Assembly (NCBI GenBank): GCA_964016885.1
Contig: OZ024758.1
Span: forward strand, 35,588,001-35,652,000
Length of the DNA stretch: 64,000 nucleotides
Direction: 5' to 3'
Source of the DNA: Eledone cirrhosa
Taxonomy: Eukaryota
Position 1 is the stretch's first letter; each line of letters begins with the position of its first letter. Made by a program: the position numbers and the translations under genes. Shown here piece after piece: positions 38,400 through 53,309 of this stretch. The notes beneath the pieces are model-generated. The model did not search any database. It saw nothing but the letters and a program-made list of their open reading frames with translations, and was not told where the DNA came from.

Positions 38400-41300
38400 A
38401 GCTGTCAGAAGTCACTCCAATGTTGGTGAGAATTCATTTAAGTTCATGGTATTAGCTGTCAGAAGTAACTCCACTGTTGGTGAGAATTCATTTAAGTTCA
38501 TGGTATTAGCTGTCAGAAGTAACTCCACTGTTGGTGAGAATTCATTTAAGTTCATGGTATTAGCTGTCAGATGTAACTCCACTGTTGGTGAGAATTCATT
38601 TAAGTTCATGGTATTAGCTGTCAGAAGGAACTCCAATGTTGGTGAGAATTCATTTAAGTCATGGTACTAGCTGTCAGAAGTAACTCCACTGTTGGTGAGA
38701 ATTCATTTAAGTTCATGGTATTAGCTGACAGAAGGAACGCCACTGTTGGTGAGAATTCATTTAAGTTCATGGTATTAGCTGTCAGAAGTAACTCCACTGT
38801 TGGTGAGAATTCATTTAAGTTCATGGTACTAGCTGTCAGAAGTAACTCCAATGTTGGTGAGAATTCATTTAAGTTCATGGTATTAGCTGTCAGAAGGAAC
38901 TCCACTGTTGCTGAGAATTCATTTAAGTTCATGGTATTAGCTGTCAGAAGTAACTCCACTGTTGGTGAGAATTCATTTAAGTTCATGGTATTAGCTGTCA
39001 GAAGTCACTCCAATGTTGGTGAGAATTCATTTAAGTTCATGGTATTAGCTGTCAGAAGTAACTCCAATGTTGGTGAAAATTCATTTAAGTTCATGGTACT
39101 AGCTGTCCGAAGTAACCCCAACGTTGGTGAGAATTCATTTAAGTTCATGGTATTAGCTGTCAGAAGTCACTCCAATGTTGGTGAGAATTCATTTAAGTTC
39201 ATGGTATTAGCTGTCAGAAGTAACTCCACTGTTGGTGAGAATTCATTTAAGTTCATGGTATTAGCTGTCAGAAGTAACTCCACTGTTGGTGAGAATTCAT
39301 TTAAGTTCATGGTATTAGCTGTCAGAAGGAACTCCACTGTTGGTGAGAATTCATTTAAGTTCATGGTACTAGCTGTCAGAAGTAACTCCACTGTTGGTGA
39401 GAATTCATTTAAGTCATGGTATTAGTTGTCAGAAGTAACTCCAATGTTGGTGAGAATTCATTTAAGCCATGGTACTAGCTGTCAGAAGTAACTCCAATGT
39501 TGGTGAGAATTCATTTAAGTTCATGGTATTAGCTGTCAGAAGGAACTCCACTGTTGGTGAGAATTCATTTAAGTTCATGGTATTAGCTGTCAGAAGTAAC
39601 TCCACTGTTGGTGAGAATTCATTTAAGTTCATGGTACTAGCTGTCAGAAGTAACTCCAATGTTGGTGAGAATTCATTTAAGTTCATGGTATTAGCTGTCA
39701 GAAGTAACTCCACTGTTGGTGAGAGTTCATTTAAGTCATGGTATTAGCTGTCAGAAGTAACTCCAATGTTGGTGAGAATTCATTTAAGTTCATGGTATTA
39801 GCTGTCAGAAGTAACTCCACTGTTGGTGAGAATTCATTTAAGTTCATGGTATTAGCTGTCAGAAGTAACTCCACTGTTGGTGAGAATTCATTTAAGTTCA
39901 TGGTACTAGCTGTCAGAAGTAACTCCACTGTTGGTGAGAATTCATTTAAGTTCATGGTATTAGTTTGTCAGAAGTAACTCCACTGTTGGTGAGAATTCAT
40001 TTAAGTTCATGGTATTAGCTGACAGAAGGAACGCCACTGTTGGTGAGAATTCATTTAAGTTCATGGTATTAGCTGTCAGAAGTAACTCCACTGATGGTGA
40101 GAATTCATTTAAGTCATGGTATTAGTTGTCAGAAGTAACTCCAATGTTGGTGAGAATTCATTTAAGTTCATGGTACTAGCTGTCAGAAGTAACTCCACTG
40201 TTGGTGAGAATTCATTTAAGTCATGGTATTAGCTGTCAGAAGTAACTCCAATGTTGGTGAGAATTCATTTAAGTTCATGGTATTAGCTGTCAGAAGTCAC
40301 TCCACTGTTGGTGAGAATTCATTTAAGTTCATGGTATTAGCTGTCAGAAGTCACTCCAATGTTGGTGAGAATTCATTTAAGTTCATGGTATTAGCTGTCA
40401 GAAGTAACTCCACTGTTGGTGAGAATTCATTTAAGTTCATGGTATTAGCTGTCAGAAGTAACTCCACTGTTGGTGAGAATTCATTTAAGTTCATGGTATT
40501 AGCTGTCAGATGTAACTCCACTGTTGGTGAGAATTCATTTAAGTTCATGGTATTAGCTGTCAGAAGGAACTCCAATGTTGGTGAGAATTCATTTAAGTCA
40601 TGGTACTAGCTGTCAGAAGTAACTCCACTGTTGGTGAGAATTCATTTAAGTTCATGGAATTAGCTGACAGAAGGAACGCCACTGTTGGTGAGAATTCATT
40701 TAAGTTCATGGTATTAGCTGTCAGAAGTAACTCCACTGTTGGTGAGAATTCATTTAAGTTCATGGTACTAGCTGTCAGAAGTAACTCCAATGTTGGTGAG
40801 AATTCATTTAAGTTCATGGTATTAGCTGTCAGAAGGAACTCCACTGTTGCTGAGAATTCATTTAAGTTCATGGTATTAGCTGTCAGAAGTAACTCCACTG
40901 TTGGTGAGAATTCATTTAAGTTCATGGTATTAGCTGTCAGAAGTCACTCCAATGTTGGTGAGAATTCATTTAAGTTCATGGTATTAGCTGTCAGAAGTAA
41001 CTCCAATGTTGGTGAGAATTCATTTAAGTTCATGGTACTAGCTGTCCGAAGTAACCCCAACGTTGGTGAGAATTCATTTAAGTTCATGGTATTAGCTGTC
41101 AGAAGTCACTCCAATGTTGGTGAGAATTCATTTAAGTTCATGGTATTCGCTGTCAGAAGTAACTCCACTGTTGGTGAGAATTCATTTAAGTTCATGGTAT
41201 TAGCTGTCAGAAGTAACTCCACTGTTGGTGAGAATTCATTTAAGTTCATGGTATTAGCTGTCAGAAGGAACTCCACTGTTGGTGAGAATTCATTTAAGTT

Positions 41301-42030
41301 CATGGTACTAGCTGTCAGAAGTAACTCCACTGTTGGTGAGAATTCATTTAAGTCATGGTATTAGTTGTCAGAAGTAACTCCAATGTTGGTGAGAATTCAT
41401 TTAAGCCATGGTACTAGCTGTCAGAAGTAACTCCAATGTTGGTGAGAATTCATTTAAGTTCATGGTATTAGCTGTCAGAAGGAACTCCACTGTTGGTGAG
41501 AATTCATTTAAGTTCATGGTATTAGCTGTCAGAAGTAACTCCACTGTTGGTGAGAATTCATTTAAGTTCATGGTACTAGCTGTCAGAAGTAACTCCAATG
41601 TTGGTGAGAATTCATTTAAGTTCATGGTATTAGCTGTCAGAAGTAACTCCACTGTTGGTGAGAGTTCATTTAAGTCATGGTATTAGCTGTCAGAAGTAAC
41701 TCCAATGTTGGTGAGAATTCATTTAAGTTCATGGTATTAGCTGTCAGAAGTAACTCCACTGTTGGTGAGAATTCATTTAAGTTCATGGTATTAGCTGTCA
41801 GAAGTAACTCCACTGTTGGTGAGAATTCATTTAAGTTCATGGTACTAGCTGTCAGAAGTAACTCCACTGTTGGTGAGAATTCATTTAAGTTCATGGTATT
41901 AGTTTGTCAGAAGTAACTCCACTGTTGGTGAGAATTCATTTAAGTTCATGGTATTAGCTGACAGAAGGAACGCCACTGTTGGTGAGAATTCATTTAAGTT
42001 CATGGTATTAGCTGTCAGAAGTAACTCCAC
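38400..42030. repeat. Tandem duplication, period 1939 bp (36 monomers)
   Basis: ORF starts 38661/40600, 39469/41408 and 39738/41677 all differ by 1939. A few private substitutions distinguish the copies (gtgaaaat, atggaat, tattcgc). Confidence 0.87.
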
Positions 42031-42443
42031 TGTTGGTGAGAATTCATTTAAGTTCATGGTACTAGCTGTCAGAAGTAACTCCACTGTTGGTGAGAATTCA
42101 TTTAAGTTCATGGTATTAGTTTGTCAGAAGTAACTCCACTGATGGTGAGAATTCATTTAAGTCATGGTATTAGTTGTCAGAAGTAACTCCAATGTTGGTG
42201 AGAATTCATTTAAGTTCATGGTACTAGCTGTCAGAAGTAACTCCACTGTTGGTGAGAATTCATTTAAGTCATGGTATTAGCTGTCAGAAGTAACTCCAAT
42301 GTTGGTGAGAATTCATTTAAGTTCATGGTATTAGCTGTCAGAAGTCACTCCACTGTTGGTGAGAATTCATTTAAGTTCATGGTATTAGCTGTCAGAAGTC
42401 ACTCCAATGTTGGTGAGAATTCATTTAAGTTCATGGTATTAGC

Positions 42444-45400
42444 TGTCAGAAGTAACTCCACTGTTGGTGAGAATTCATTTAAGTTCATGGTATTAGCTGT
42501 CAGAAGTAACTCCACTGTTGGTGAGAATTCATTTAAGTTCATGGTATTAGCTGTCAGAAGTAACTCCACTGTTGGTGAGAATTCATTTAAGTTCATGGTA
42601 TTAGCTGTCAGAAGGAACTCCAATGTTGGTGAGAATTCATTTAAGTCATGGTACTAGCTGTCAGAAGTAACTCCACTGTTGGTGAGAATTCATTTAAGTT
42701 CATGGTATTAGCTGACAGAAGGAACGCCACTGTTGGTGAGAATTCATTTAAGTTCATGGTATTAGCTGTCAGAAGTAACTCCACTGTTGGTGAGAATTCA
42801 TTTAAGTTCATGGTACTAGCTGTCAGAAGTAACTCCAATGTTGGTGAGAATTCATTTAAGTTCATGGTATTAGCTGTCAGAAGGAACTCCACTGTTGCTG
42901 AGAATTCATTTAAGTTCATGGTATTAGCTGTCAGAAGTAACTCCACTGTTGGTGAGAATTCATTTAAGTTCATGGTACTAGCTGTCAGAAGTAACTCCAC
43001 TGTTGGTGAGAATTCATTTAAGTTCATGGTATTAGCTGTCAGAAGTCACTCCAATGTTGGTGAGAATTCATTTAAGTTCATGGTATTAGCTGTCAGAAGT
43101 CACTCCACTGTTGGTGAGAATTCATTTAAGTTCATGGTACTAGCTGTCCGAAGTAACCCCAATGTTGGTGAGAATTCATTTAAGTTCATGGTATTAGCTG
43201 TCAGAAGTCACTCCAATGTTGGTGAGAATTCATTTAAGTTCATGGTATTAGCTGTCAGAAGTAACTCCACTGTTGGTGAGAATTCATTTAAGTTCATGGT
43301 ATTAGCTGTCAGAAGTAACTCCACTGTTGGTGAGAATTCATTTAAGTTCATGGTATTAGCTGTCAGAAGGAACTCCACTGTTGGTGAGAATTCATTTAAG
43401 TTCATGGTACTAGCTGTCAGAAGTAACTCCACTGTTGGTGAGAATTCATTTAAGTTCATGGTATTAGTTTGTCAGAAGTAACTCCACTGTTGGTGAGAAT
43501 TCATTTAAGTCATGGTATTAGTTGTCAGAAGTAACTCCAATGTTGGTGAGAATTCATTTAAGCCATGGTACTAGCTGTCAGAATTAACTCCAATGTTGGT
43601 GAGAATTCATTTAAGTTCATGGTATTAGCTGTCAGAAGTAACTCCACTGTTGGTGAGAGTTCATTTAAGTCATGGTATTAGCTGTCAGAAGTAACTCCAA
43701 TGTTGGTGAGAATTCATTTAAGTTCATGGTATTAGCTGTCAGAAGTAACTCCACTGTTGGTGAGAATTCATTTAAGTTCATGGTATTAGCTGTCAGAAGT
43801 AACTCCACTGTTGGTGAGAATTCATTTAAGTTCATGGTACTAGCTGTCAGAAGTAACTCCACTGTTGGTGAGAATTCATTTAAGTTCATGGTATTAGTTT
43901 GTCAGAAGTAACTCCACTGTTGGTGAGAATTCATTTAAGTTCATGGTATTAGCTGTCAGAAGGAACTCCACTGTTGGTGAGAATTCATTTAAGTTCATGG
44001 TATTAGCTGTCAGAAGTAACTCCACTGTTGGTGAGAATTCATTTAAGTTCATGGTATTAGCTGTCAGAAGTAACTCCACTGTTGGTGAGAATTCATTTAA
44101 GTTCATGGTACTAGCTGTCAGAAGTAACTCCACTGTTGGTGAGAATTCATTTAAGTTCATGGTATTAGTTTGTCAGAAGTAACTCCACTGATGGTGAGAA
44201 TTCATTTAAGTCATGGTATTAGTTGTCAGAAGTAACTCCAATGTTGGTGAGAATTCATTTAAGTTCATGGTATTAGCTGTCAGAAGTCACTACAATGTTG
44301 GTGAGAATTCATTTAAGTTCATGGTATTAGCTGTCAGAAGTAACTCCACTGTTGGTGAGAATTCATTTAAGTTCATGGTATTAGCTGTCAGAAGTAACTC
44401 CACTGTTGGTGAGAATTCATTTAAGTTCATGGTATTAGCTGTCAGCAGTAACTCCACTGTTGGTGAGAATTCATTTAAGTTCATGGTATTAGCTGTCAGA
44501 AGGAACTCCAATGTTGGTGAGAATTCATTTAAGTCATGGTACTAGCTGTCAGAAGTAACTCCACTGTTGGTGAGAATTCATTTAAGTTCATGGTATTAGC
44601 TGACAGAAGGAACGCCACTGTTGGTGAGAATTCATTTAAGTTCATGGTATTAGCTGTCAGAAGTAACTCCACTGTTGGTGAGAATTCATTTAAGTTCATG
44701 GTACTAGCTGTCAGAAGTAACTCCAATGTTGGTGAGAATTCATTTAAGTTCATGGTATTAGCTGTCAGAAGGAACTCCACTGTTGCTGAGAATTCATTTA
44801 AGTTCATGGTATTAGCTGTCAGAAGTAACTCCACTGTTGGTGAGAATTCATTTAAGTTCATGGTACTAGCTGTCAGAAGTAACTCCACTGTTGGTGAGAA
44901 TTCATTTAAGTTCATGGTATTAGCTGTCAGAAGTCACTCCAATGTTGGTGAGAATTCATTTAAGTTCATGGTATTAGCTGTCAGAAGTCACTCCACTGTT
45001 GGTGAGAATTCATTTACGTTCATGGTACTAGCTGTCCGAAGTAACCCCAATGTTGGTGAGAATTCATTTAAGTTCATGGTATTAGCTGTCAGAAGTCACT
45101 CCAATGTTGGTGAGAATTCATTTAAGTTCATGGTATTAGCTGTCAGAAGTAACTCCACTGTTGGTGAGAATTCATTTAAGTTCATGGTATTAGCTGTCAG
45201 AAGTAACTCCACTGTTGGTGAGAATTCATTTAAGTTCATGGTATTAGCTGTCAGAAGGAACTCCACTGTTGGTGAGAATTCATTTAAGTTCATGGTACTA
45301 GCTGTCAGAAGTAACTCCACTGTTGGTGAGAATTCATTTAAGTTCATGGTATTAGTTTGTCAGAAGTAACTCCACTGTTGGTGAGAATTCATTTAAGTCA

Positions 45401-48400
45401 TGGTATTAGTTGTCAGAAGTAACTCCAATGTTGGTGAGAATTCATTTAAGCCATGGTACTAGCTGTCAGAAGTAACTCCAATGTTGGTGAGAATTCATTT
45501 AAGTTCATGGTATTAGCTGTCAGAAGGAACTCCACTGTTGGTGAGAATTCATTTAAGTTCATGGTATCAGCTGTCAGAAGTAACTCCACTGTTGGTGAGA
45601 ATTCATTTAAGTTCATGGTACTAGCTGTCAGAAGTAACTCCAATGTTGGTGAGAATTCATTTAAGTTCATGGTATTAGCTGTCAGAAGTAACTCCACTGT
45701 TGGTGAGAATTCATTTAAGTTCATGGTATTAGCTGTCAGAAGTAACTCCACTGTTGGTGAGAATTCATTTAAGTTCATGGTACTAGCTGTCAGAAGTAAC
45801 TCCACTGTTGGTGAGAATTCATTTAAGTTCATGGTATTAGTTTGTCAGAAGTAACTCCACTGTTGGTGAGAATTAATTTAAGTCATGGTATTAGTTGTCA
45901 GAAGTAACTCCACTGTTGGTGAGAATTCATTTAAGTTCATGGTATTAGCTGTCAGAAGTAACTCCACTGTTGGTGAGAATTCATTTAAGTTCATGGTATT
46001 AGCTGTCAGAAGTAACTCCACTGTTGGTGAGAATTCATTTAAGTTCATGGTATTAGCTGTCAGAAGGAACTCCAATGTTGGTGAGAATTCATTTAAGTCA
46101 TGGTACTAGCTGTCAGAAGTAACTCCACTGTTGGTGAGAATTCATTTAAGTTCATGGTATTAGCTGACAGAAGGAACGCCACTGTTGGTGAGAATTCATT
46201 TAAGTTCATGGTATTAGCTGTCAGAAGTAACTCCACTGTTGGTGAGAATTCATTTAAGTTCATGGTACTAGCTGTCAGAAGTAACTCCAATGTTGGTGAG
46301 AATTCATTTAAGTTCATGGTATTAGCTGTCAGAAGGAACTCCACTGTTGCTGAGAATTCATTTAAGTTCATGGTATTAGCTGTCAGAAGTAACTCCACTG
46401 TTGGTGAGAATTCATTTAAGTTCATGGTACTAGCTGTCAGAAGTAACTCCACTGTTGGTGAGAATTCATTTAAGTTCATGGTATTAGCTGTCAGAAGTCA
46501 CTCCAATGTTGGTGAGAATTCATTTAAGTTCATGGTATTAGCTGTCAGAAGTCACTCCACTGTTGGTGAGAATTCATTTAAGTTCATGGTACTAGCTGTC
46601 CGAAGTAACCCCAATGTTGGTGAGAATTCATTTAAGTTCATGGTATTAGCTGTCAGAAGTCACTCCAATGTTGGTGAGAATTCATTTAAGTTCATGGTAT
46701 TAGCTGTCAGAAGTAACTCCACTGTTGGTGAGAATTCATTTAAGTTCATGGTATTAGCTGTCAGAAGTAACTCCACTGTTGGTGAGAATTCATTTAAGTT
46801 CATGGTATTAGCTGTCAGAAGGAACTCCACTGTTGGTGAGAATTCATTTAAGTTCATGGTACTAGCTGTCAGAAGTAACTCCACTGTTGGTGAGAATTCA
46901 TTTAAGTTCATGGTATTAGTTTGTCAGAAGTAACTCCACTGTTGGTGAGAATTCATTTAAGTCATGGTATTAGTTGTCAGAAGTAACTCCAATGTTGGTG
47001 AGAATTCATTTAAGCCATGGTACTAGCTGTCAGAATTAACTCCAATGTTGGTGAGAATTCATTTAAGTTCATGGTATTAGCTGTCAGAAGTAACTCCACT
47101 GTTGGTGAGAGTTCATTTAAGTCATGGTATTAGCTGTCAGAAGTAACTCCAATGTTGGTGAGAATTCATTTAAGTTCATGGTATTAGCTGTCAGAAGTAA
47201 CTCCACTGTTGGTGAGAATTCATTTAAGTTCATGGTATTAGCTGTCAGAAGTAACTCCACTGTTGGTGAGAATTCATTTAAGTTCATGGTACTAGCTGTC
47301 AGAAGTAACTCCACTGTTGGTGAGAATTCATTTAAGTTCATGGTATTAGTTTGTCAGAAGTAACTCCACTGTTGGTGAGAATTCATTTAAGTTCATGGTA
47401 TTAGCTGTCAGAAGGAACTCCACTGTTGGTGAGAATTCATTTAAGTTCATGGTATTAGCTGTCAGAAGTAACTCCACTGTTGGTGAGAATTCATTTAAGT
47501 TCATGGTATTAGCTGTCAGAAGTAACTCCACTGTTGGTGAGAATTCATTTAAGTTCATGGTACTAGCTGTCAGAAGTAACTCCACTGTTGGTGAGAATTC
47601 ATTTAAGTTCATGGTATTAGTTTGTCAGAAGTAACTCCACTGATGGTGAGAATTCATTTAAGTCATGGTATTAGTTGTCAGAAGTAACTCCAATGTTGGT
47701 GAGAATTCATTTAAGTTCATGGTATTAGCTGTCAGAAGTCACTACAATGTTGGTGAGAATTCATTTAAGTTCATGGTATTAGCTGTCAGAAGTAACTCCA
47801 CTGTTGGTGAGAATTCATTTAAGTTCATGGTATTAGCTGTCAGAAGTAACTCCACTGTTGGTGAGAATTCATTTAAGTTCATGGTATTAGCTGTCAGCAG
47901 TAACTCCACTGTTGGTGAGAATTCATTTAAGTTCATGGTATTAGCTGTCAGAAGGAACTCCAATGTTGGTGAGAATTCATTTAAGTCATGGTACTAGCTG
48001 TCAGAAGTAACTCCACTGTTGGTGAGAATTCATTTAAGTTCATGGTATTAGCTGACAGAAGGAACGCCACTGTTGGTGAGAATTCATTTAAGTTCATGGT
48101 ATTAGCTGTCAGAAGTAACTCCACTGTTGGTGAGAATTCATTTAAGTTCATGGTACTAGCTGTCAGAAGTAACTCCAATGTTGGTGAGAATTCATTTAAG
48201 TTCATGGTATTAGCTGTCAGAAGGAACTCCACTGTTGCTGAGAATTCATTTAAGTTCATGGTATTAGCTGTCAGAAGTAACTCCACTGTTGGTGAGAATT
48301 CATTTAAGTTCATGGTACTAGCTGTCAGAAGTAACTCCACTGTTGGTGAGAATTCATTTAAGTTCATGGTATTAGCTGTCAGAAGTCACTCCAATGTTGG

Positions 48401-49364
48401 TGAGAATTCATTTAAGTTCATGGTATTAGCTGTCAGAAGTCACTCCACTGTTGGTGAGAATTCATTTACGTTCATGGTACTAGCTGTCCGAAGTAACCCC
48501 AATGTTGGTGAGAATTCATTTAAGTTCATGGTATTAGCTGTCAGAAGTCACTCCAATGTTGGTGAGAATTCATTTAAGTTCATGGTATTAGCTGTCAGAA
48601 GTAACTCCACTGTTGGTGAGAATTCATTTAAGTTCATGGTATTAGCTGTCAGAAGTAACTCCACTGTTGGTGAGAATTCATTTAAGTTCATGGTATTAGC
48701 TGTCAGAAGGAACTCCACTGTTGGTGAGAATTCATTTAAGTTCATGGTACTAGCTGTCAGAAGTAACTCCACTGTTGGTGAGAATTCATTTAAGTTCATG
48801 GTATTAGTTTGTCAGAAGTAACTCCACTGTTGGTGAGAATTCATTTAAGTCATGGTATTAGTTGTCAGAAGTAACTCCAATGTTGGTGAGAATTCATTTA
48901 AGCCATGGTACTAGCTGTCAGAAGTAACTCCAATGTTGGTGAGAATTCATTTAAGTTCATGGTATTAGCTGTCAGAAGGAACTCCACTGTTGGTGAGAAT
49001 TCATTTAAGTTCATGGTATCAGCTGTCAGAAGTAACTCCACTGTTGGTGAGAATTCATTTAAGTTCATGGTACTAGCTGTCAGAAGTAACTCCAATGTTG
49101 GTGAGAATTCATTTAAGTTCATGGTATTAGCTGTCAGAAGTAACTCCACTGTTGGTGAGAATTCATTTAAGTTCATGGTATTAGCTGTCAGAAGTAACTC
49201 CACTGTTGGTGAGAATTCATTTAAGTTCATGGTACTAGCTGTCAGAAGTAACTCCACTGTTGGTGAGAATTCATTTAAGTTCATGGTATTAGTTTGTCAG
49301 AAGTAACTCCACTGTTGGTGAGAATTAATTTAAGTCATGGTATTAGTTGTCAGAAGTAACTCCA
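42444..49364. repeat. Near-perfect tandem duplication, period 3452 bp (64 monomers), itself made of related 1888 and 1564 bp halves
   Basis: Rare markers at exactly +3452: gaattaactc 43581/47033, cactacaat 44288/47740, gtcagcag 44441/47893, tttacg 45013/48465, tatcagc 45566/49018 and aattaattt 45871/49323. Confidence 0.93.
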
Positions 49365-52300
49365 ATGTTGGTGAGAATTCATTTAAGTTCATGGTATTAG
49401 CTGTCAGAAGGAACCCCACTTTGGTGAGAATTCATTTAAGTTCATGGTATTAGCTGTCAGAAGGAACTCCAATGTTGGTGAGAATTCATTTAAGTCATGG
49501 TACTAGCTGTCAGAAGTAACTCCACTGTTGGTTAGAATTCATTTAAGTTCATGGTATTAGCTGTCAGAAGGAACGCCACTGTTGGTGAGAATTCATTTAA
49601 GTTCATGGTATTAGCTGTCAGAAGTAACTCCACTGTTGGTGAGAATTCATTTAAGTTCATGGTACTAGCTGTCAGAAGTAACTCCAATGTTGGTGAGAAT
49701 TCATTTAAGTTCATGGTATTAGCTGTCAGAAGGAACTCCACTGTTGGTGAGAATTCATTTAAGTTCATGGTATTAGCTGTCAGAAGTAACTCCACTGTTG
49801 GTGAGAATTCATTTAAGTTCATGGTATTAGCTGTCAGAAGTCACTCCAATGTTGGTGAGAATTCATTTAAGTTCATGGTATTAGCTGTCAGAAGTCACTC
49901 CACTGTTGGTGAGAATTCATTTAAGTTCATGGTACTAGCTGTCCGAAGTAACCCCAATGTTGGTGAGAATTCATTTAAGTTCATGGTATTAGCTGTCAGA
50001 AGTCACTCCAATCTTGGTGAGAATTCATTTAAGTTCATGGTATTAGCTGTCAGAAGTAACTCCACTGTTTTGTGAGAATTCATTTAAGTTCATGGTATTA
50101 GCTGTCAGAAGTAACTCCACTGTTGGTGAGAATTCATTTAAGTTCATGGTATTAGCTGTCAGAAGTCACTCCAATGTTGGTGAGAATTCATTTAAGTTCA
50201 TGGTATTAGCTGTCAGAAGTCACTCCACTGTTGGTGAGAATTCATTTAAGTTCATGGTACTAGCTGTCCGAAGTAACCCCAATGTTGGTGAGAATTCATT
50301 TAAGTTCATGGTATTAGCTGTCAGAAGTCACTCCAATGTTGGTGAGAATTCATTTAAGTTCATGGTATTAGCTGTCAGAAGTAACTCCACTGTTGGTGAG
50401 AATTCATTTAAGTTCATGGTACTAGCTGTCAGAAGTAACTCCAATGTTGGTGAGAATTCATTTAAGTTCATGGTATTAGCTGTCAGAAGGAACTCCACTG
50501 TTGGTGAGAATTCATTTAAGTTCATGGTATTAGCTGTCAGAAGTAACTCCACTGTTGGTGAGAATTCATTTAAGTCATGGTACTAGCTGTCAGAAGTAAC
50601 TCCAATGTTGGTGAGAATTCATTTAAGTCATGGTACTAGCTGTCAGAAGTAACTCCAATGTTGGTGAGAATTCATTTAAGTTCATGGTATTAGCTGTCAG
50701 AAGGAACTCCACTGTTGGTGAGAATTCATTTAAGTTCATGGTATTAGCTGTCAGAAGTAACTCCACTGTTGGTGAGAATTCATTTAAGTTCATGGTATTA
50801 GCTGTCAGAAGTAACTCCACTGTTGGTGAGAATTCATTTAAGTTCATGGTATTAGCTGTCAGAAGTAACTCCACTGTTGGTGAGAATTCATTTAAGTTCA
50901 TGGTATTAGCTGTCAGAAGTAACTCCACTGTTGGTGAGAATTCATTTAAGTTCATGGTATTAGCTGTCAGAAGGAACTCCAATGTTGGTGAGAATTCATT
51001 TAAGTCATGGTACTAGCTGTCAGAAGTAACTCCACTGTTGGTGAGAATTCATTTAAGTTCATGGTATTAGCTGACAGAAGGAACGCCACTGTTGGTGAGA
51101 ATTCATTTAAGTTCATGGTATTAGCTGTCAGAAGTAACTCCACTGTTGGTGAGAATTCATTTAAGTTCATGGTACTAGCTGTCAGAAGTAACTCCAATGT
51201 TGGTGAGAATTCATTTAAGTTCATGGTATTAGCTGTCAGAAGGAACTCCACTGTTGCTGAGAATTCATTTAAGTTCATGGTATTAGCTGTCAGAAGTAAC
51301 TCCACTGTTGGTGAGAATTCATTTAAGTTCATGGTACTAGCTGTCAGAAGTAACTCCACTGTTGGTGAGAATTCATTTAAGTTCATGGTATTAGCTGTCA
51401 GAAGTCACTCCAATGTTGGTGAGAATTCATTTAAGTTCATGGTATTAGCTGTCAGAAGTCACTCCACTGTTGGTGAGAATTCATTTAAGTTCATGGTACT
51501 AGCTGTCCGAAGTAACCCCAATGTTGGTGAGAATTCATTTAAGTTCATGGTATTAGCTGTCAGAAGTCACTCCAATGTTGGTGAGAATTCATTTAAGTTC
51601 ATGGTATTAGCTGTCAGAAGTAACTCCACTGTTGGTGAGAATTCATTTAAGTTCATGGTATTAGCTGTCAGAAGTAACTCCACTGTTGGTGAGAATTCAT
51701 TTAAGTTCATGGTATTAGCTGTCAGAAGGAACTCCACTGTTGGTGAGAATTCATTTAAGTTCATGGTACTAGCTGTCAGAAGTAACTCCACTGTTGGTGA
51801 GAATTCATTTAAGTTCATGGTATTAGTTTGTCAGAAGTAACTCCACTGTTGGTGAGAATTCATTTAAGTTCATGGTATTAGCTGTCAGAAGGAACTCCAC
51901 TGTTGGTGAGAATTCATTTAAGTTCATGGTATTAGCTGTCAGAAGTAACTCCACTGTTGGTGAGAATTCATTTAAGTTCATGGTATTAGCTGTCAGAAGT
52001 AACTCCACTGTTGGTGAGAATTCATTTAAGTTCATGGTACTAGCTGTCAGAAGTAACTCCACTGTTGGTGAGAATTCATTTAAGTTCATGGTATTAGTTT
52101 GTCAGAAGTAACTCCACTGATGGTGAGAATTCATTTAAGTCATGGTATTAGTTGTCAGAAGTAACTCCAATGTTGGTGAGAATTCATTTAAGTTCATGGT
52201 ACTAGCTGTCAGAAGTAACTCCACTGTTGGTGAGAATTCATTTAAGTCATGGTATTAGCTGTCAGAAGTAACTCCAATGTTGGTGAGAATTCATTTAAGT

Positions 52301-53309
52301 TCATGGTATTAGCTGTCAGAAGTCACTCCACTGTTGGTGAGAATTCATTTAAGTTCATGGTACTAGCTGTCAGAAGTAACCCCAATGTTGGTGAGAATTC
52401 ATTTAAGTTCATGGTATTAGCTGTCAGAAGTCACTCCAATGTTGGTGAGAATTCATTTAAGTTCATGGTATTAGCTGTCAGAAGTAACTCCACTGTTGGT
52501 GAGAATTCATTTAAGTTCATGGTATTAGCTGTCAGAAGTAACTCCACTGTTGGTGAGAATTCATTTAAGTTCATGGTATTAGCTGTCAGAAGGAACTCCA
52601 ATGTTGGTGAGAATTCATTTAAGTCATGGTACTAGCTGTCAGAAGTAACTCCACTGTTGGTGAGAATTCATTTAAGTTCATGGTATTATCTGACAGAAGG
52701 AACGCCACTGTTGGTGAGAATTCATTTAAGTTCATGGTATTAGCTGTCAGAAGTAACTCCACTGTTGGTGAGAATTCATTTAAGTTCATGGTACTAGCTG
52801 TCAGAAGTAACTCCAATGTTGGTGAGAATTCATTTAAGTTCATGGTATTAGCTGTCAGAAGTCACTCCACTGTTGGTGAGAATTCATTTAAGTTCATGGT
52901 ACTAGCTGTCCGAAGTAACCCCAATGTTGGTGAGAATTCATTTAAGTTCATGGTATTAGCTGTCAGAAGTCACTCCAATGTTGGTGAGAATTCATTTAAG
53001 TTCATGGTATTAGCTGTCAGAAGTAACTCCACTGTTGGTGAGAATTCATTTAAGTTCATGGTATTAGCTGTCAGAAGTAACTCCACTGTTGGTGAGAATT
53101 CATTTAAGTTCATGGTATTAGCTGTCAGAAGGAACTCCACTGTTGGTGAGAATTCATTTAAGTTCATGGTACTAGCTGTCAGAAGTAACTCCACTGTTGG
53201 TGAGAATTCATTTAAGTTCATGGTATTAGTTTGTCAGAAGTAACTCCACTGTTGGTGAGAATTCATTTAAGTCATGGTATTAGTTGTCAGAAGTAACTCC
53301 AATGTTGGT

